Source: an uncultured Planctomycetota bacterium (GTDB taxonomy: Bacteria; Planctomycetota; Planctomycetia; Isosphaerales; Isosphaeraceae). Taken from it: 64,000 bases of DNA. The notes under the pieces were generated by a model. That model ran no database searches, was not told the DNA's origin, and saw only the letters and a program-made list of their open reading frames with translations. Positions 30,726-41,530 of this stretch are shown here, piece by piece. Position numbers and translations under genes: made by a program. Each line of letters opens with the position of its first letter. Within the stretch, counting starts at the first letter, position 1. The stretch covers positions 192,001 to 256,000 of the forward strand of contig CAWJTV010000042.1 of the NCBI GenBank assembly GCA_963845755.1, written 5' to 3'.

Positions 30726-31114
30726 GTCGAATTATCCTCCTCCTGATCGGGACGGCCTGGCGCCTCGTCGAAATCGCATTCAACCAGGGAACGATCGTCC
30801 TGATCGCTCCCCACATCAACCAAAGATGCGGAACAGGTTGGGATCGGCGCCACCGGCGCGCTCGCATTCCGCGAGCGAGTGCCGTATCTACCTTGATCGG
30901 CACATCGGTGCGTCGAACTTTACTCGCTCGGGAATTGTCTCGGGGGATTGGTGCAAGTCGTTATGAGGGAAGTGGGTCGGTACGCGCAACGTCGCCCCTC
31001 GATCCGTGCGGCCGGCTGCGGCGACAATCCACTTCGCGGGAACTTGATCTTGGAAAGGCCGGGGTTTCTGGTTTAACTCAGGGACAAAACCCCTCAAGGA
31101 TGAGGAGGATCCCC

Positions 31115-32709
31115 ATGGCCTTGGAATCCAATTGCCTCGTGGCAGGCGGACCCGATCACGCCGGTGCTCAGGGCACAAATCGCTATATCGCAACAGCTTA
31201 CTTCAAGCAAGCGACGGCCCTATTGACCCGGGGCTTGTACGGCGAATCAGAGACTTACTTTCGCGAAGTGCTGCGCCTCTGGCCGGACCATGCCGGGGCC
31301 TTGAACAATCTTGGCACCTCGCTCTGGCGGCAGGGCCGGACGGAAGAGGCGGAGGCGTACTATCGGCGCGGGTTGACGCTGGGGCCGGCGGATTTCGGGA
31401 TTCTGAACAATCTGGGCAATGCCATCTGGGAGCAAGGGCGGCCCGGCCAGGCCGTGCCGTACTATCGTCAGGCCCTTGAGCTTCGCCCGGATTCCCACGA
31501 GACTCGGATGAATCTGGGCGTGGCGCTGTCCGACATCGGCGAGTTCGAGGAGGCGCTGGCCTGGTTTCGAGCCGCTATGGAACACCAGCCCGATTGGCCC
31601 GATGCCCTGGATAACCTGGGCGTGACCTACTCCCGGCTAGGCAATTGGGCTGAGGCGCTCGCGTATTATGACCGGGCACTCCGCCTTCGTCCGGACTTTG
31701 CGGTGGCACACCGCAATCGCGCCCACGCATGGCTGGCTCATGGCGACTTCGAACGAGGCTGGCTCGAATACGAATGGCGATTGAAGTGTCCGAACTGTCG
31801 CCTGCCGCACGTGAGCCTGCCGCGATGGATCGGAGAACCGCTGGCGGGGCGTTCGATCCTTTTGTGCGCCGAACAAGGGATTGGCGATGTCCTCCAATTC
31901 CTGCGCTTTGTACCGGAGGTCCAGCGAAGGGGCGGCCGCATCGTGCTGGCCTGCGCCGACCCGTTGGTGGGGATCGCGTCCCGATGTTCGGCGCGGACCA
32001 GGTCCTGAACTCGATCGTTCCCCTACCGGATTGCCAGGTCCATTCGCCCTTGATGAGCCTCCCCGCGGTACTGGGAACGACCCTGGAAACCCTGCCGGCG
32101 AATGTGCCGTACCTTTCGGCGGACCCGAGCAGCATCGAGCGCCGGCGCCTCATCGTGAAACAGTCCGTCGCCGACGGAGCGGAACGGGAGACCGACGCGT
32201 CGAGTGGCGGCCGGCGAGCCATCCGGATCGGGATCGCCTGGCAAGGGAACTCGCGAAACCGCGCCGATCGTTGGCGATCCATTCCTCTCCGCGTCTTTGC
32301 CCATCTCGCCGAAGTGCCCGGAGTCCACTTGATCAGCCTTCAGAAGGGGGAAGGGACAGAGCAAATCGCCGAGCAGGCAGGACGGGTCCTGATCGCCGTG
32401 CTCCGCGACCCCGAGAGCAATGGCGAGGACCGTCGCGACCTGCTCGATACGGCCGCCATCATGCAGCATCTCGACCTCGTGATCACGCCCGACACGGCGG
32501 TCGCCCACCTGGCCGGTAGTCTGGGCGTGAAGGTCTGGCTCGCCTTGCCCGTCGTGGCCGAATGGCGATGGATGATCGATCGGGAGGATTCTCCCTGGTA
32601 TCCGACGATGACCCTCTTCCGCCAGTCCACATCGGGCGACTGGGACGGGGTCTTCCGACGCATGGCCGCTCTCCTGAGAAATGGAGTCCTCGCGCCGGGA
32701 AACCCGTAG
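31115..32709 (+). CDS. TPR repeat protein with GT9-like glycosyltransferase C-terminus (frameshift ~31988)
   Basis: NNLG TPRs, GWLEYEWR, EQGIGDVLQF. IGIAWQGN, DTAVAHLAG, DSPWYPT are in the next frame. Confidence 0.88.
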
Positions 32710-32845
32710 TCCCGACGCCGGCTACCGAGTTCGGAGAGTTTGGTTACGGGAAGCTTGGCTCGGGACACCATGGTCGGTTAGAAATGTATTGCATCTCGTT
32801 CTTCAGCGTCGGGTCTGACATCTTCGAGTCGAGGGGAGCGACGCC

Positions 32846-33076
32846 GTGGATGAAAAGCATGTGGTGGCGATCTGCATGGGCATCGCCTTCCTGATCACCG
32901 GTTTTTTTCTCACGACCAACGAGAAGGTCGCGGCCTGGGGCCTGAGACATGGGAACGCCACGGTCTGGGTGAAGTTGCTCGGCCCGGAGCGCGCCCTGAA
33001 GCTGACGCGTTACGTCTTCGGTCCCTTGAGCATACTGCTGGGGTTGGGTGGGCTGGCGCTGGGCTTTTTCGACTGA
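32846..33076 (+). CDS. Small 2-TM protein
   Basis: GTG start with GAGGGGAG RBS, two hydrophobic helices. Confidence 0.6.
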   Translation: MDEKHVVAICMGIAFLITGFFLTTNEKVAAWGLRHGNATVWVKLLGPERALKLTRYVFGPLSILLGLGGLALGFFD

Positions 33077-33116
33077 AGGTTGAGCCAGTCAGCTCAAATG
33101 GGAGGAGTCTTCGCGG

Positions 33117-33731
33117 ATGCTCCGAAGCGTGTGGCTGGTCCATCCCGAAAACGCGATGTGCTCGGCGTTCGAGAACCGATTCGCCGGGCTGCCCAATGTC
33201 CGGGTCATCCGAGGCGCGTTCGAGGACCTGGAGCCGCACGACTGCTTCGTGACCGCCGGCAATGCGTTCGGCATGATGACCGCCGGCATCGACGCGGCCG
33301 TGGCCCGATTCTTCGGTGAGGGCCTGGTCGATCGCGTCCAGCACCAGATCATGGACCGGTTCCTGGGCGAGCAACCGGTCGGGACCGCGTTCATCCTGGC
33401 CACCGGCCACGCGTCGATACCGTACCTCGCGCACGCTCCGACGATGCGGGTGCCGGGGAGTATCGCCGGTACCGACAAGGTCTACGGCGCGACCTGGGCC
33501 GCCCTGCTGTCGGTCCACGCCCACAATTTGGCCAGCCATGAGAAAATCGAAACGGTCGCCCTGCCCGCCATGGGGACGGGCTTCGGCGGCGTCCCGTTCG
33601 ACGAGGCCGCCCGACAGATGGCGGCGGCCTACCGCCACTACCTCGAACCGCCGCACCGGCTCGACTGGGACTTCGTCGTCAGCCGCCAGAAGGCGATTTG
33701 TTATGATGAGGATCGGCAGGTTGTTCGGTGA
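33117..33731 (+). CDS. Macro domain protein (ADP-ribose binding/hydrolase)
   Basis: VTAGNAFGMMTAGIDAA, AHAPTMRVP, LPAMGTGFGG. Confidence 0.92.
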   Translation: MLRSVWLVHPENAMCSAFENRFAGLPNVRVIRGAFEDLEPHDCFVTAGNAFGMMTAGIDAAVARFFGEGLVDRVQHQIMDRFLGEQPVGTAFILATGHASIPYLAHAPTMRVPGSIAGTDKVYGATWAALLSVHAHNLASHEKIETVALPAMGTGFGGVPFDEAARQMAAAYRHYLEPPHRLDWDFVVSRQKAICYDEDRQVVR

Positions 33732-33764
33732 CGCGTTCCCGCTCGAACTTGCTTGGAGATCACT

Positions 33765-34124
33765 ATGCCGGTAGTGCGGGTCGGAACCACGCGGATGGGA
33801 TCGGCTGTCAGCGAGGTTCCCCTCGTCGATCTGCGTCCCCTCCACTCGGTACCTCGACCGGGGATGCCGCCGAATCATATCCAGGACTTGGCGAACCAGA
33901 TTCGAACAAATGGCTACGATATGTCGCAACCTATCCCGGTGGCCCGCATGCCGGACGGGCGATTGGTTCAATTGGGTGGACACCATCGAGCAGAGGCCAT
34001 GCGGCGACTTGGGGAAACGACCATCCCCGCGAGGATTGTGGACTGGAACTTCATCGACCCCGGCGTGCGTAGAATGTATCGCCAGCTATTCCCGAACTTC
34101 CCGTGGGATGACTTCATCCAATGA
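33765..34124 (+). CDS. Stand-alone ParB/sulfiredoxin N-terminal domain protein
   Basis: IQDLANQIRTNG..QPIPV...GGHHRAEAMRRLGETTIPA. Confidence 0.8.
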   Translation: MPVVRVGTTRMGSAVSEVPLVDLRPLHSVPRPGMPPNHIQDLANQIRTNGYDMSQPIPVARMPDGRLVQLGGHHRAEAMRRLGETTIPARIVDWNFIDPGVRRMYRQLFPNFPWDDFIQ

Positions 34125-34453
34125 GTACCAAACTTTCCTCCTGGTATGCCTTCAGCGACGAGGGAGCTAACACTCTGCGATGTGCGGCGTGCCATTCGGT
34201 CATTGATCTCGGAGATTCGATGCTCGACCACCATCCGCGCGTCTGCCCACGCTGCGGGGTGGACTGTGCGTTCCTGAACTGGAAGGGGCGGATGCTCCAG
34301 GTGGTAGCGAGCAATGCACCCTCTGTGATCGAGCGCGCCCTGAGATTCGCACAGCAGGACTTCGATGAGCTGGAGTACGCCGAGTTCGTCGTAGCCCTGG
34401 AGAAGTTAATGGACGATTTGTACGCCGCCAGCCTGACCGAGCGTTGTACCTGA
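34121..34453 (+). CDS. Small Zn-finger protein with acidic helical tail
   Basis: CAAC...CPRC, ATGA overlap with the ParB-like gene. Confidence 0.7.
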   Translation: MSTKLSSWYAFSDEGANTLRCAACHSVIDLGDSMLDHHPRVCPRCGVDCAFLNWKGRMLQVVASNAPSVIERALRFAQQDFDELEYAEFVVALEKLMDDLYAASLTERCT

Positions 34454-34481
34454 TCCTGACGCGTCATTGGGTTCCGTGGAT

Positions 34482-35372
34482 TCACGCTTTCTCCCGGTCG
34501 GGCGTCCCCGCTGTAAAGTACGCCTGATCCCGCCGCTCCCAGTCGGAATAGCCCAGCAGATCATAGAGTTCGGCGCGGGACTGCATCCGGGCCAGAAGCT
34601 CGCGCTGAGTCCCTTGCTGGATCAACGTTTCCAGAACCTGCTCCGCGGCGCGCATCGCGGCGCGGAAGGCGGTCAGCGGATAGATGGCGGCCTTGTATCC
34701 CAGGGACGCCAGCTCGTCGAAGGGGATCAGCGGACTGCGGCCGAACTCGGTCATGTTGGCCAGGAGCGGAGCCGGTACGGATCGAGCGAAACGGGCAAAC
34801 TCGTCGGCCGACTCCAGGGCTTCGGGAAAAATCATATCGGCGCCGGCGGCGAGGTATTCGTGCGCCCGCCGGACCGCCGCGTCGAACCCTTCGACCGTCC
34901 GCGCATTGGTCCGCGCGACGATCACGAAGTCCGGATCGCGACGGGCCGCGACGGCCGCCCGAATCTTGGCCGCCATCGACGACGCATCGACCAGTCCTTT
35001 ACCCGAGAGATGGCCGCAGCGCTTCGGCAACACCTGATCTTCCAGGTGCAGCCCGGCGACACCGGCCTCTTCGTAGAGCCGGATGGTTCGTTCGACGTGG
35101 ATGGCTTCGCCGAAGCCGGTGTCGGCATCGCAGAGGACTGGCAACATCGTCGCGCGCGCCAGCACCGCTGCTTGCTCGGCGAACTCGGTCTGGGTTAACA
35201 GGCCGATATCCGGCAGCCCCGCCCAGCCGGCCGAGAGCGCGCCTCCCGAGAGATAAACCGCCCGGAAGCCCAGTCGCTCCGCTAGCTTGGCTACGAGTGC
35301 ATTGAACGCGCCCGGGATCATGATTGGTCCGGCCGCCCAGGCCGCTCGTAGTCGGGCTCCCGGTGACATCAT
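34482..35372 (-). CDS. prpB: 2-methylisocitrate lyase (ICL/PEP mutase family)
   Basis: YLSGG, GLPDIG, DADTGFG, LEDQ..PKRCGH, ANMTEFG. Confidence 0.88.
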   Translation of the reverse strand: MMSPGARLRAAWAAGPIMIPGAFNALVAKLAERLGFRAVYLSGGALSAGWAGLPDIGLLTQTEFAEQAAVLARATMLPVLCDADTGFGEAIHVERTIRLYEEAGVAGLHLEDQVLPKRCGHLSGKGLVDASSMAAKIRAAVAARRDPDFVIVARTNARTVEGFDAAVRRAHEYLAAGADMIFPEALESADEFARFARSVPAPLLANMTEFGRSPLIPFDELASLGYKAAIYPLTAFRAAMRAAEQVLETLIQQGTQRELLARMQSRAELYDLLGYSDWERRDQAYFTAGTPDREKA

Positions 35373-35538
35373 GCGGCATCCCTCCTCGAATGGATGACTG
35401 GAGCTCCGCCCGACGCAACGCCTATTGTACCATGAGGTGCTGCCGGACTGGACAATCCGTGTACAATGGGTGCAAGAGGCGCATCAAATCGCGCCCGGTT
35501 TCAACTCGGCCCTGCATCAATGCGGTCAGGAAGCGATC

Positions 35539-36780
35539 ATGCATGACGATTTCACCAAGATTGAGGACGCGATCCATGCCCTGAAGGAGGGGCGGATCAT
35601 CATCGTCGTCGACGACGAGGACCGGGAGAATGAGGGCGACTTCATCGCGGCGGCGGAGCAGGTCACGCCCGAGACCGTGGAGTTCTTGATCACGCATGGG
35701 CGGGGATTGTTGTGTATGCCCATCTTGCCCGAGGTCGCCGCCCGGCTCCAGCTCGGCCCGATGGTCGATCGCAACACGGCCCCGCACCAGACGCCGTATA
35801 CCGTTCCAGTCGATCACCGATCGTGCCGGACGGGGATCAGCGCCGAGGAGCGGGCGCGGACGGTCCGGGCAATCGTGGATCCTTCGACACGACCCGACGA
35901 CTTCGTGCGCCCGGGACATCTGTTCCCGCTGGTCGCCAAGGAAGGGGGCGTACTCCGCCGCGCCGGGCATACCGAGGCGACCGTCGACCTGGCCCGGCTA
36001 GCCGGCTTGACGCCCGCGGGAATCCTCTGCGAGATCACCGACGGCATCAAGATGGCGGGGCGCGAGAAGCTGCACGAGATCGCCCAGGAACACGGCCTGC
36101 CGATGGTCTCGATCGAGTCTCTGATCAAGTATCGACGCCTCCGCGAGAAGCTGGTGCAGCGGGTCGCCGAGGCCGACCTGCCTACGGTCTACGGCCGCGG
36201 GCGGATCATTGGCTACCGGGTCCAGCACGAGCCGGGCAACGAGCCGGTCGCCATCGTCATGGGCGACCTGGGCTCGGTCGAATCCCCCCTGGTCCGGCTG
36301 CACTCCTCCTGCTTCACCGGCGACCTGCTCGATTCGCTCCGCTGCGATTGCGGCGACCAGCTCCGCATGGCCCTGGAGATGATCGGCGACGAGGGGGCCG
36401 GCGCGCTGATCTACCTGCCGCAGGAGGGGCGGGGCATCGGCCTGATCGAGAAGATCCGCGCCTATAACCTCCAGGACAAGGGGCTCGACACCGTCCAGGC
36501 CAACACGGCCCTGGGCTACCGGGCCGACCCGCGCGACTACGGCATCGGCCTCCAGATCCTCAAGGACCTGGGGCTCTCGAGGGTTCGGCTCCTGACCAAC
36601 AACCCCAAGAAGACCGACGCGTTCGTCTACTACGGCTATGACTTGAAGGTCGTCGACCAGGTCCCGATCGTCGCGCCCGACCGCGCCGAGCGGCGCCACT
36701 ATCTCGACGTCAAGCGCGACAAGCTCGGCCACTTGCTCCCCAGCCGCACCTGTTGCGATGGCGACAACGGCTCGACTTGA
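35539..36780 (+). CDS. ribBA: Bifunctional DHBP synthase / GTP cyclohydrolase II
   Basis: DDEDRENEGD, RAGHTEA, RLHSSCFTGD, RCDCG, QEGRGIGL, LTNNP. Confidence 0.97.
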   Translation: MHDDFTKIEDAIHALKEGRIIIVVDDEDRENEGDFIAAAEQVTPETVEFLITHGRGLLCMPILPEVAARLQLGPMVDRNTAPHQTPYTVPVDHRSCRTGISAEERARTVRAIVDPSTRPDDFVRPGHLFPLVAKEGGVLRRAGHTEATVDLARLAGLTPAGILCEITDGIKMAGREKLHEIAQEHGLPMVSIESLIKYRRLREKLVQRVAEADLPTVYGRGRIIGYRVQHEPGNEPVAIVMGDLGSVESPLVRLHSSCFTGDLLDSLRCDCGDQLRMALEMIGDEGAGALIYLPQEGRGIGLIEKIRAYNLQDKGLDTVQANTALGYRADPRDYGIGLQILKDLGLSRVRLLTNNPKKTDAFVYYGYDLKVVDQVPIVAPDRAERRHYLDVKRDKLGHLLPSRTCCDGDNGST

Positions 36781-36892
36781 GGCGCGTTGCTGCCATAGAA
36801 TGTCCTCAGGCTTCGACCTCGATCGGACGGATGAATCTCGGATTCGTCGCGGTGTTCGTCCGGCTTTCCAGGTTTCATCAAAAGGGTTCTTC

Positions 36893-38290
36893 ATGGTCTT
36901 TCATCGTATCAAGTGCACATACCGAGGATGGGCTATCGGGTTGACCCTGGCGTGTCTCGTCGGTATCGGCGTACGAGGAATCGCGCAGATCGCCAAGAGC
37001 AGGGCCCCCCGCGGGGACGATCCCGGCGCCCGGCGTCTGCTCGACCAGGTTTCCAAGGCATATCGGGGCCTGTCGTCCTACGCCGACCAGGGCAAATTCG
37101 TCGTTGCCATGACGCTCGGAGACAAGGTGCACAAGCGAGACCTGCCCCTGAAATTGACCTTCGAACGGCCCAACAAGCTGGATCTCAACGCCGGCGCGGT
37201 CCGGCTCAACAGCGACGGCAAGACCCTCACCACGGTCGTCGAGCCCCTGAAGAAATACACTCAGGCGCCTGCGCCCGAGTCGATCGGGTTCGAGACCTTC
37301 CGCGAAGGGCCGACCAACGCGGCACTCTTCGGCGGTCCGACCGCCCTGCCGATGCACGTACTCCTCAACCTCGTCGTCGGCACGAGTCCGGAGATCCTCG
37401 TGGACCAACTGGGTGCCTCGATCCGGCCCGCGCCGGCGACGGAAGGCGGCAAGACCGAGGGCTCGGCGCTCCTCATCGACCTGATGGAAGGCCCCGATCT
37501 CCTGCTGCGGGTCGATCCATCAACCAAGCTGCTCTCGTCCATCGACCTGAAGCTCGACCCGGCGCAACTGGCCAGGAGTGCCCCACCTGGCCAGACGCTC
37601 TCGATTCAGCAGTTTGGATGGGCCGCGGGCCCCGTCTCGACCCAGGTCGACCCGAAGCGATCGTTCGCCTTCGAAGCCCCGAACGGCTTCACCCGGGTCG
37701 AGTCGCTCGAGCAACAGCAGGGCGCGGGACAGGCCCATAAGTATGCAGTCCAGGAGCACATCGGCAAGCCCGCCCCCGATTTCTCGCTGACCCTCCTCGA
37801 TGGTCCGGGGAAAACCAGGACCATGACCAAGGCCGAGCTGGCCGGCAAGGTCGTGGTGATCGACTTCTGGGCCACCTGGTGTGGGCCCTGCCTGATGGAA
37901 ATGCCCGAGATCCAGAAGCTGATCGAATCGTATGCCAAATCCAAGAAAGACGTCGTGATCGTCGCGCTCAGCCAGGACGAGGAACCGGCCGAGATTTCGG
38001 AGGTCCGCAAGCTCGTCGAGAAGACGCTGGAAGACAAGAAGATCACGCTCACCGGCTCTCCGGTGGGTCGAATCGGGCTGGATCCCAGCAATTCGGTCGG
38101 CAAGGCGCTGGACGTCGAGGGCTATCCCACACTCGTCATCCTGGACGGCAAGGGTGTTGTCCAGTCGGCCCACGTGGGTTTCAATGACGAGGCTGCGGAG
38201 CCCCTTCACAAGTCTCTGGCCAAGGAGATCGATGCGCTGCTGGAGGGGAAGTCGCTGGCACCGACGAAGGACACCGTCAAGACGGAATAG
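36893..38290 (+). CDS. Exported TlpA-family redoxin with LolA-like N-terminal domain
   Basis: N-terminal TM, FERPNKL, DFWATWCGPC, GYPT. Confidence 0.88.
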   Translation: MVFHRIKCTYRGWAIGLTLACLVGIGVRGIAQIAKSRAPRGDDPGARRLLDQVSKAYRGLSSYADQGKFVVAMTLGDKVHKRDLPLKLTFERPNKLDLNAGAVRLNSDGKTLTTVVEPLKKYTQAPAPESIGFETFREGPTNAALFGGPTALPMHVLLNLVVGTSPEILVDQLGASIRPAPATEGGKTEGSALLIDLMEGPDLLLRVDPSTKLLSSIDLKLDPAQLARSAPPGQTLSIQQFGWAAGPVSTQVDPKRSFAFEAPNGFTRVESLEQQQGAGQAHKYAVQEHIGKPAPDFSLTLLDGPGKTRTMTKAELAGKVVVIDFWATWCGPCLMEMPEIQKLIESYAKSKKDVVIVALSQDEEPAEISEVRKLVEKTLEDKKITLTGSPVGRIGLDPSNSVGKALDVEGYPTLVILDGKGVVQSAHVGFNDEAAEPLHKSLAKEIDALLEGKSLAPTKDTVKTE

Positions 38291-38443
38291 AAGCAGGACG
38301 ATCCGGCCGAGAAAGGAGCGCCGGTTGCGAGACGAGGACCAACCCGTGTTGCGCGGGCGGCTATCGCTCCGTCTATCTTGATATTGAGGAGGCGAGTTCC
38401 TTCAACTCGATTCCGGAAGGGCCCAGTCACGCGAAGCCGGGCC

Positions 38444-39121
38444 CTACGGTTCGGTTTCTTCGCGGGACAGGCCCTCCAGCATCCTGAGTTCGTCGAGCAT
38501 CGCCTGCGGATCGGCAACCAGGAGGTAGTCGGGGATGATGCCGATCTTGACTTTGGTAAAGTCGGTCCTCGGATCGCGCGGCGGCTTTCCGGCGGCTATC
38601 GCCAGGATATCCGGGAATTCGGAGTAGACTGGCTCGATCATGTCGTAAGGCCGGCGAATCGTGGAAACCACCATGGTCTCGCCATCGATCTGGAATCCCT
38701 TGGCAGTGATGACGTACCAGGCCTTCTCCAGACCCCGCTCTTGGGCATACCGGCGGAATCCCTCGAGCAACCGACACGCGGCGGATTCGCTGGGACGCTG
38801 GGCCAGATCAAAAAGAGCCGGGTGCATCCAGAGGCTGATGAGTTCGCTGCGTACGACAACGCCGCCGCTCAACTGAGGTTTCGATGTCGTCACATGGTGA
38901 GCCAGGCGCACGAGGCCGATCGCTCCCGCCATGGCAACAGCCGCCAGTCCGGCCGTTCCCGGCCAGGTGGGGCGTCTTCTCGGTTGATGATCCGACCGGG
39001 ATGCCGGCGGATGTTGCTCCAGGGACCCGAACGCGAGGGATGGCACGGTGTCGAGTCGATTCGGCCGGGTGCGCCGCCATGTCCCCGACCGCTCGGTGTC
39101 TGGCTCATTGGGGTCTTTCAT
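38444..39121 (-). CDS. Hypothetical single-TM protein
   Basis: ORF with one hydrophobic segment, no recognised motif. Confidence 0.5.
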   Translation of the reverse strand: MKDPNEPDTERSGTWRRTRPNRLDTVPSLAFGSLEQHPPASRSDHQPRRRPTWPGTAGLAAVAMAGAIGLVRLAHHVTTSKPQLSGGVVVRSELISLWMHPALFDLAQRPSESAACRLLEGFRRYAQERGLEKAWYVITAKGFQIDGETMVVSTIRRPYDMIEPVYSEFPDILAIAAGKPPRDPRTDFTKVKIGIIPDYLLVADPQAMLDELRMLEGLSREETEP

Positions 39122-39387
39122 CGATCGTCCCTTTCGTCGCGAAGAGGAACGGGCTGGGGGAAGGCGAAGCGAACGCCATCGCGTAGGCCTTCATCGGCGC
39201 AGCACGTTCCGAGTTCACTCGGAAGTGCCTGGATCAAGTTGGCGGCGAGACAGGTCGCCGATTACATGACCGGCGTTGATGAGCCTCGCGTGCGACTGCG
39301 AGCTCGAGGGCTTCGCGTCGAGCCCCGCCGCGGTGACGAGGAGGACGCGGTCGTGCATCGGTCCGTTCGGGCCGCCGGCCCGAGACT

Positions 39388-40474
39388 TCAATCGCCAGAG
39401 GCAAGGGGAAAGGGCCAAAGATGAATGGAGCCGTCGAAACCCCCGGTGGCCAAGGACCGGCCGTCGGGCGCGAACGCCAGTGAGCGAACACCCGCGTGCT
39501 TCAACTGCCCCGGGCGGATCTCGAGCGTCACGAGGTCCCAGAAGGTGATCGCTCCGACATAGTCGGCGGCGGCCAGAATGGTGCCATCGGGGCTGATTCC
39601 CACCGCGAGGACGGCACCGGCAGGACCGCGCAGGGTCGCATGCTCGGCACCCGTGACCACATTCCAGAGCTGCACGACGGGACTTGCCTGATCGCCCAGA
39701 CACAGAAGTCGGCCATCGGGAGAAAACGCCATGGTGACGAACGGGGCCTTTGGGCCGGTGATCGCGAACCGTTCCCGACCGGTCGCGATTTCCCAGATCC
39801 GCGTCGTACGATCACCACCTGTGGAGGCCAGAGTCGCGCCGTCGGGCGCGTACGCCAGGGAGGCAACGAATTCCGTATGTCCGAGAAGGGTTGATCGATG
39901 ACGCCTGGTCGCGGCGTCCCAGAGCGTGATTTTCCCGTCCTGCTGACCTACGGCCAGGGTCGCGGCGTCCGGCGAGAACACCAGGCAGGCGGCGCCGCTC
40001 GTCGCGCCAGGCAAGTCGTCCAACGACCGTGACTCATGGTCTACGAGATCGCGAACCGTAACCGTCGCCGTCGAATTCGCCGTCGCGATAACTCGATTGT
40101 TAGGGCTGAAGGCGGCCCAGCGAACCGGGCCAGGCGCCGGCGATCGATCAGGACTCTCCCGACGCTCCGTCAGGTGGAAGATTGACATCGAGCCGTCCAG
40201 CCCGACTGATGACAGCATCGCGCCGTCCGGCCGGAATGCGATCGACCTGACCGCGCCTGCATTCCCGGTCAGGGATCCTGCTGGCCGGAGACTTCTTGAA
40301 CCCGTCACAGTCGCCGAGGGGACAGGTCGAGGCCCCGACGATCGCACCGAGTAACGCAACTCGCGGCCACGTCACGAGCAACATGCGGACCCGACCGTGG
40401 TCCGATCTCTGGCCCTCTCGTCGACTCGCAATCCGATCGCCTCGCGTCCCGATCGAGTCTTCGAACATCATCAT
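39388..40474 (-). CDS. WD40 repeat protein (start probably 40474 with frameshift ~40275)
   Basis: About 7 WD40 repeats (AFxPDG...IxLWD). An upstream frame has GGGGAG RBS, ATG and a hydrophobic segment. Confidence 0.8.
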
Positions 40475-40885
40475 TTCTCCCCGGTCCGATGCCACGATGC
40501 TCAGGCAAGCCGCGCGGTATCGAGCCGCGGCGAAGATCGACCCCTCTCGTTGACCTAGAGTATTTTTAAAGATATAGATGATTTCAATCACTAGTTGATA
40601 TCGACTTGGTCGGGCCCTCGATGCCCCGGTTCTCCCGGCCAATCCCGCCTCTCCTCGAAGACACTCCATACCCCATCAACTGCGAAACCGGTTCGTCCTG
40701 GGACAGCGAAAACAAGATTTTGTAAGGGGGCTTCCCTGTCGTCGGGAAAATAATTCGGAATTCCTGTCTCACTCGAGACGGCTCGCGCGGTTTACTGATA
40801 GGAGATGTTAACATACTGGTCCCAGCAGCCGCGTACTGGCTGACAGAGGCTTCCGAGCTGTGTCGCCGATGATCGGGTGTCTTGA

Positions 40886-41530
40886 ATGACCAGCAATTCG
40901 AGTGAAACTAACCGGGTCCTCCAGCAGGCTGCTCAGGGGGATGGGCAGGTCCTGGGGTCATTGCTGTCTCGACACCGAACCCGCCTATGCCGCATGATTG
41001 CCCTACGCCTCGACCGGCGGCTGCAAGGCCGGATCGATCCTTCCGACGTGATCCAGGATGCTTATCTGGAAGCCTCGGCTCGATTGGCCGAATACCTGCG
41101 CAACCCTTCGATGTCGTTCTTCCTGTGGCTTCGATTCCTGACCGGTCAGAAGCTGGTGTCTTTGCATCGGCATCATCTGGGTGTGCAGAAGCGCAACGCG
41201 AGCCAGCAGGTCGCGCTCTATGATGGTTCTCTGCCCGAGGCGTCCTCGGCGGCCTTGGCCGCCCAGCTCCTGGGTCATGATGTCCGTCCCAGCGAGGCCG
41301 CGATCCGCGCCGAGATGAAGCTCCGGGTGCGAGAGGCCCTCGATAGCATGCACCCTCTCGATCGAGAGGTACTGGCGCTACGGCACTTCGAGCAATTGAA
41401 CCGGGCCGAGATTGCGCAGGTGCTCGGTGTATCGGATTCCGCCGCCCGCAAGCGGTACCTCCGAGCTTTGGAAAAGCTCCGACAGATCCTGGGACGCGCA
41501 CCCGGTGGACTGGAAGGACTGCGGCCATGA
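40886..41530 (+). CDS. ECF sigma-70 factor (planctomycete kinase-associated type)
   Basis: RIDPSDVIQD, FLWLR, DREVLALRHFEQL..AEIAQVLG. Confidence 0.95.
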   Translation: MTSNSSETNRVLQQAAQGDGQVLGSLLSRHRTRLCRMIALRLDRRLQGRIDPSDVIQDAYLEASARLAEYLRNPSMSFFLWLRFLTGQKLVSLHRHHLGVQKRNASQQVALYDGSLPEASSAALAAQLLGHDVRPSEAAIRAEMKLRVREALDSMHPLDREVLALRHFEQLNRAEIAQVLGVSDSAARKRYLRALEKLRQILGRAPGGLEGLRP

